This document shows positions 12,660-64,000 of a stretch of 64,000 nucleotides of DNA, piece by piece (the first letter of the stretch is position 1; each line of letters begins with the position of its first letter). A model generated the notes under the pieces. That model made no database searches and had not been told where the DNA came from. It was given only the letters and a program-made list of their open reading frames with translations. This DNA comes from Octopus vulgaris (taxonomy: Eukaryota): assembly GCA_951406725.2 (NCBI GenBank), contig OX597829.1, forward strand, positions 9,052,001 through 9,116,000, written 5' to 3'. The position numbers were made by a program, and so were the translations under genes.

Positions 12660-15066
12660 ATCGTGGTGGTAGTGGTAGTTAGAGAATTCCATGTTTCTTT
12701 TCAGAAGACCACTATATGGTTTTAATGTTCCTGGCCCAGGGTGTTTAAACTTGGTCCGAATTTTCTAATAAAATAGAGTTCTTTATTATGACGTTGAGTG
12801 AAAGTTTCGTTGTTACTGAATTGGTAAAGTGGGAAAATTGTGAATTTGGGATTTTTATTTGAAGCACATCTGTCTATGTGGCCGCTGACAGGTATTTTCT
12901 TGTATTCAGGATTTGGGATTTATGTACTGCCATCCTTAGGCTGTTTTTTGTATGGCCAATATATTGCTTATTACACCCTGCACATGTTAACACGTAAATT
13001 AAGTTTTCCGATGCACAAATTAAGTTTGTTCTGATGGTAAAATGATGGCTTTGTTCTAATGTGTATTCCGAACCTTCTACTAAGATTCCGCAGTTGGGCT
13101 TTCTACATTTTTAACTGTTGATTGTGTGGTTGTTATTAGATGCAGTTTAGCATGTGTTAAAATCTTTTATAAGGATTTTGGTTGCTGTTTACTTTTTATG
13201 ATGGTGTACGTTTGAAGGATTCGGTTCATCTTTGGGTCTGTGCTTTGGCGTATGGTGTTGAAGGTCTCACTGTTAAGTGGGTTGTGTGTAGAGATGTAGG
13301 GTTAGGGTTTTTAATTTTTCTTTTTTGGTTTTAGTTGTCTCAGGTCTTCTATATTTAATTTAAGTGCTCGTTGAATTGCATTGTCTATTAGGGGTTGTGA
13401 ATAATTTCTATTTATGAGTGTAGTTTTGAGTTCCTGGAGACGTGTGTGTCCGGTGTTTGTGTCTGATATTATGGTACAAATCCTTCTGGCTAAACAGAAA
13501 GGGACATTTATTCTAGTGTGTCTTGGGTGGCATGAGTCAAATGGTAGATACTGCTTTGAGTCTGTCGGTTTATAATAGATATCTGTCTCTATTTTGTTGC
13601 TGACTTTCTTAATGAGGATGTCTAGAAATGGTAGTTTTTCTTGGTTATGTTCTATCGTGAATTGAATGTTTTCATTAATTCCATTTAGTAGTATTTTAAA
13701 TTCCTCAAGTTTTTCTATACTTTCATCTCAGAGGATGAAGCAGTTGTCGAGATATCTTTTCCAGTTGTTCTGGATATAGGTGGAGAAAGTGTTTCCATGT
13801 CTCAAGTGTTTTCTGGTAAAGTATTATTTCGAGCTATCTCATTACTAGGTTGGCAAAAGAAGGCGCAGTACGTGTACCATTCGTTGATCCCGATCTTTGT
13901 CTGTAGTAGTCATTATTTTAAAATAAAGTAATTGTTTTCTGAAATAAATCTTTATTTATGCGAGTTGGAAGTTCAAAGGAGTAATTGTTTAGCCAGAAAG
14001 TAATCGCTTCTATTCCTAGGGTGTGGGGGGATGTTTGAATAAAGGTTAATTACGTCGAAGGATACTAGTAGGGTTTTCTCGTTGACTGTTTTGGGGAGGC
14101 ATGTCTATATCGTCTCTTACATAGCTTTTGATGTGTTTTAGGAAAGGTTTCAGAAGTGTGTCTAAGAAGTTGCTGAGGCAGTGAGTTTCACATGCTGGGC
14201 CTGCTATTATCGGTCAAAGTTTAAGATCGTTTGGTGAAGGGATTTTGATGAGTATGTCAATAGATTTTTTGCATGTTTCACTAATTATTTGGCTTTTGTG
14301 GACTTTAGGGATACCGTAGAATAAACTTGATTTGCACTTAAAGTTAGTAATGTAATCGTACTCCTTGTCCGTGAGTCCTTCTCGGTATGTGTTGATTAAT
14401 GTCCTGAGGATATTCATTATTTTTGGTTGATTATAATGTTAGACCCCTAGCTAGTATGTCTCATCTCCTAGTAGGGATAGTACTAAATTTTATAATCATT
14501 TGTGTTCATTAATATTACCGCGTTGCCCCCATCTACCAACTTGATTGTTATGGTTTTACCTTCTCTTAGTTTGATGAGGTCGTTCCATTCTCTTTTGTTG
14601 AAGTTTGGTCTGTATTTTGCTTATTGGTGAATTGAAAAGGGAAATTAGTTATGTAGTCACAATAGCGATCTAAGGCTTTATTCTTTCCCTTGGTGGGGAT
14701 GTAGTCATGTTGTTTCTAGCTATTGATTCGTCATCCATTTGCTTGATGTGATATTCCTCGGCAAGTCTTAATTTCCTACAAAATTCCGAAATATCGTCTT
14801 TCGTTTCATAGTAATTTGGGCGTTGTGGGGTTGGGGTAAATTTAAGTCCTTTGGAAAGAATGCTTATTTCGTTAGGTGTAAGTTCTTTATTTGAGAGATT
14901 GATTATCTTAATTACCTGGGTTTTATTCGTAATTTGCGGAGTATGATTAGGGGTGTTGAGTTGAACCACGGTTTATATAGTTACCTTATAGTTGATCACC
15001 TCTATAAATTGGAAACTAACCAGTATTTTCATTGGATTTATTATCTCTTAATGAGGTTTATTACCT
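12300..15066 (-). mobile_element. Near full-length degenerate Penelope-like retroelement (RT + GIY-YIG)
   Basis: IINLSNKELTPNEISILSKGLKFTPTP (N-terminus), FYGIPKVHK, GT..APSFANL, WKRYLDNCF, LPFLDI, DIYYKPTDSKQYL..SCHPRH, then a YIGHT-type GIY-YIG remnant near 12960. Decayed hammerhead at 12351-12400 (TTGATAA-GGTTC..GAACC-GAAACATGTA). Many stops and frameshifts. Confidence 0.9.
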
Positions 15067-15479
15067 TTACTTGAATATATATATATATATAATATTTTTA
15101 CGTGTGTATGTGTTTGCCACCCCACCCACCATTGTTTTACAACCGATGTTGGTGTGTTTGCGTCCTCGTAACTTAGCTGTTCGGCAGAAGAGACTGATAG
15201 AATAAGCAACCAGGCTTACAGGGATTAAGACCAGGGGTCGATTTCTTCGACTAAAATGCGGTGCTCCAGCATGGCCACCATCAAATGACTGAAACAATTA
15301 AAAGAATAAAAGAATCCCAGAAGAACATTCCGTGCCCCTAAACCAAGAAGTTTCTTTGAATATGTACAATGCATTCTAAGGCTAAATAGTAATTCTGTTT
15401 ATGTTTGTGTAACTGAGATATTTTGGTTGGATTATATAGTTATCGGTTTTAGACTTTTTTCTATATTCTCTAACTGTCA

Positions 15480-15573
15480 CACAATATAGAAACATTTCTT
15501 ATGGCACCGGCACACGATTTACACACGTTTACATTTTTCATATTTTCCGTGAACTTTTCACGGGTCCAGCTAG
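15480..15573 (+). mobile_element. Helitron 3' terminus
   Basis: Hairpin CCGTGAA-ctt-TTCACGG (15547-15563), then CTAG (15570-15573) followed by T. Confidence 0.7.
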
Positions 15574-16539
15574 TTGTTATTAATGTGTGTGTGTATGCAT
15601 TTGGAGAGAAGTGGGGTTTGCTCTCCTCCTACTGTGATGCTTTTGATAAGGGTACATCATTTAGGATTGGCATTTAGTAAGTCGGAAGAGGATCTGAGTA
15701 ATTCAGTATTTGTCATTGTAACTTGAGAATGGGTGGTAACAATGGACATTAAGGACAAATAGAGAACTTCCCATTATCCTTATAGCAAAAACTCTTTGAA
15801 CATCTTTCATATTTCCTGCAAAGTGGAAACCGCTCTCCAACAATGTTATCAAGGTTTAGCTCCTGAAAAAAATTCAATGAAAAACTTCTAAATTTCTTCT
15901 TCAGTGATGAATATGCGACCTGCACACTCGCTTCAGACTCCTGACGTTTCAAAAATAAAAATGGATTATCCTGCATTAGTGTTCACGCTATTTGTTAGTT
16001 TGCCTAAAACAATATCATCTATGATGATTCAGAAATTTCGTTTTAGTCAACAAGTAAATTTCACTGCGTATGTGTATCTAATTAACTTTTTAAAGTTTTG
16101 TCGCCTAGCCAAGTTCCGAAACAACTTATGGCTAATATCCAGAATTACGTCCACCTCATTGAACTATGTTTTGTTGGGTGGTGAATGATACAATTCGATA
16201 ATTATTTTCAAGTGTTTGGTTTTTCATAACTTGTTACTTCTGTATGGCAGTTAGTTGAGCAAAGAACGGCGCTTTGTGCTTTGCTTTCATTCTAGTCTTA
16301 TCATTTTGGTATGACCTTTAGCCGAGAAATACTCTGGGATAATTTGTGAACCTTTTCGGTTTCTAGTAGCAAAATTACCAGGGAAATAGAGAAAGAGTGA
16401 CGCTGGTCAATATCATAGGAAAGCCAAAGACAGAATTTAAGCATTTCACTCATGAAATCTGTAATGCAAGACTCCTTTCTAAATTACTTTGGTTTATATT
16501 ATGTCAAAATTAGTTGACTTAGCATAGTTTCATTGATAT

Positions 16540-16850
16540 TGTCATGCGGATAAGGATCGGTTGGAGGCTTCTTGCAACATCATTGAAGCAACTTGGGAAG
16601 TTTAGATATCTTGGGGCTGTATTTACGAATGATGGCAAACAAGAAGCTGAACAGGATAATAGTATTTTTCAGATTCCGACACAGCAATGCTCCAGCGCCA
16701 ACATTGGACAATCAGAAAAGGAGGGAGGACTGGTAAAAGAACCAAACTTGTTATCTTCAGTTTGTTTCCGTGCCTATCATCGGCCATGGATGCTGGGCAA
16801 CGACCTGCTGGAATACGAGCAAGAACAGGCACAGTCATGCGTGTCTTGAA
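16540..16850 (+). mobile_element. RTE-like LINE remnant
   Basis: LKQLGKFRYLGAVFTNDG motif; rest degenerate. Confidence 0.5.
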
Positions 16851-16929
16851 TGTTTATGACTGCAACGCCTTTTATACGAAGAGAAACATTTATGGCAACA
16901 ACAAGAACATATGTCACGGTTTTATATTA

Positions 16930-16935
16930 TTTATT
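16930..16935 (-). promoter_or_regulatory. Candidate AK7 polyadenylation signal AATAAA
   Basis: tttatt on the + strand, about 135 nt past the AK7 stop codon. Confidence 0.55.
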
Positions 16936-17069
16936 GATTATAAGTGAATACCTGTTAATGTAGTAAAAAAAGAAGGAAAAAACGTGTACAAACAAAGCCA
17001 GTAAGTTTCTTGCAGAAAATTTCAGAACGGAAACTTGGCTTTTCAATGGTGGTAAGACGTTAATCACTA

Positions 17070-64000
<46,931 letters not shown>

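Overview
AT-rich, microsatellite-laden eukaryotic genomic DNA. The SINE/LINE complement suggests a mollusc, probably an octopus; this is inference and was not checked. The main gene is adenylate kinase 7 (AK7) on the minus strand. I reconstructed 13 GT-AG coding exons by hand with continuous reading phase (63956-64000 partial, down to the stop at 17070; 534 aa visible, with P-loop GPPGAGKT and a C-terminal Dpy-30 motif). Its 5' part lies beyond the window. A lone plus-strand terminal exon (4633-4968) encodes a coiled-coil plus C-terminal transmembrane (tail-anchored) peptide. The rest is a nest of mobile DNA: three tRNA-derived SINE families, R4/Dong-type RLE LINEs sitting in (TAA)n, Penelope-like elements (PLEs), CR1, RTE and Tx1/L1 remnants, hAT, Tc1/mariner and Tigger elements, and Helitron ends. 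The most striking unannotated signal is about a dozen minimal hammerhead-ribozyme motifs in PLE-type repeats, mostly inside (TA)n tracts and often folded into long near-perfect inverted repeats. One of them is fused to a tRNA-derived Pol III head, and one intact copy lies in the sense strand of AK7's last intron. Repeat boundaries are approximate, read by eye.
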